64,000 bases of DNA from Carcharhinus amblyrhynchos (taxonomy: Eukaryota). The stretch is from the NCBI GenBank assembly GCA_965287045.1, contig OZ336874.1, positions 60,884,001 to 60,948,000 of the forward strand, written 5' to 3'. Each line of letters begins with the position of its first letter. The first letter of the stretch is position 1. Under the pieces are notes generated by a model that was given only the letters and a program-made list of their open reading frames with translations, did no database searches and was not told the origin of the DNA. A program made the translations under genes and the position numbers. Of the stretch, positions 63,515 through 64,000 are shown one piece after another.

Positions 63515-64000
63515 ATTTTTTTTTCTTCATTTGTGGGACTTGGGCATCACTGGCTAGCCAGCATTTATTGCCCCTGGTTGCCCTTGAGAAGGTACTTGTG
63601 AGCTCCCTTCTTAAACTGCTGCAGTCCATGTTCTGTAGGTTGATCTACAATGCCATTAGGGAGGGAATTCCAGGATTTTAACCCAGTGACTGGAAAGGAA
63701 CGGCAATATATTTCGAAGTCAGGATGGTGAGTGGCTTGGAAAGGAACTTGCAGGTGGTGGTGTTCCCATGTATTTGCTGCCCTTGTCCTTCGAGATGGAA
63801 ATGGTCATGGGTTTGGAAGGTGCTCTCTAAGGGTCTTTTGTGAATTGCTGCAGTGTATGTTGTAGATAGTACACAACACTGCTATTGAGCGTTGGTGGTG
63901 GAGGGATTGAATGTTTGTAGACGTGGTGCCTATGAAGCGTGCTGCTTTGTCCTGATTGTGTCAAGCCTTTTGATTGTTGTCGGAATTGCACCCATTCAGG
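63515..64000 (-). mobile_element. Family-B CR1-like LINE 3' end inserted into the long CR1; runs off the window
   Basis: T-run followed by the reverse complement of the 1400-1761 sequence type. Confidence 0.8.

Noticed and set aside
39650-64000. VPS13A exon 1, promoter or CpG island
   Set aside because: No MVFES..LNRFLG coding sequence or CpG-rich island was recognised; probably beyond the window end.
1-64000. The many 60-190 aa ORFs in the track as independent genes
   Set aside because: They are TE fragments, antisense shadows of CR1 RT, or random intronic frames without splice or homology support.

Overview
Vertebrate genomic DNA, not prokaryotic; the repeat repertoire points to a shark or other elasmobranch (inference). 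The window lies inside the 5' part of a minus-strand VPS13-family gene, best matching VPS13A/chorein. Five small coding exons (44, 43, 96, 102 and 110 nt, all GT-AG and phase-consistent, matching human exons 2-6) sit at 39606-39649, 34459-34501, 13292-13387, 9898-9999 and 5346-5455. The rest is intron filled with transposable elements: young and old CR1 LINEs, a second CR1-like family, L2, Rex1/Babar, tRNA-derived V-SINE/HE1-type SINEs, Penelope-like elements with minimal hammerhead ribozyme motifs, a PIF/Harbinger relic, MITEs, GalEa-type Copia gag relics, a Gypsy integrase relic, and a two-LTR endogenous retrovirus (ERV, about 26790-33650). The most interesting observations are: (1) a U2-snRNA-headed chimeric element with a structured non-U2 tail; (2) a reconstructable small single-pass membrane ORF between pol and env of the ERV, whose RT motif looks spuma/class III-like while its env is gamma-type; (3) palindromic, hammerhead-bearing Penelope derivatives; (4) a duplicated AG|GTAAGT splice site 41 nt upstream of exon 5. 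TE boundaries were read by eye and are approximate; no database searches were run.
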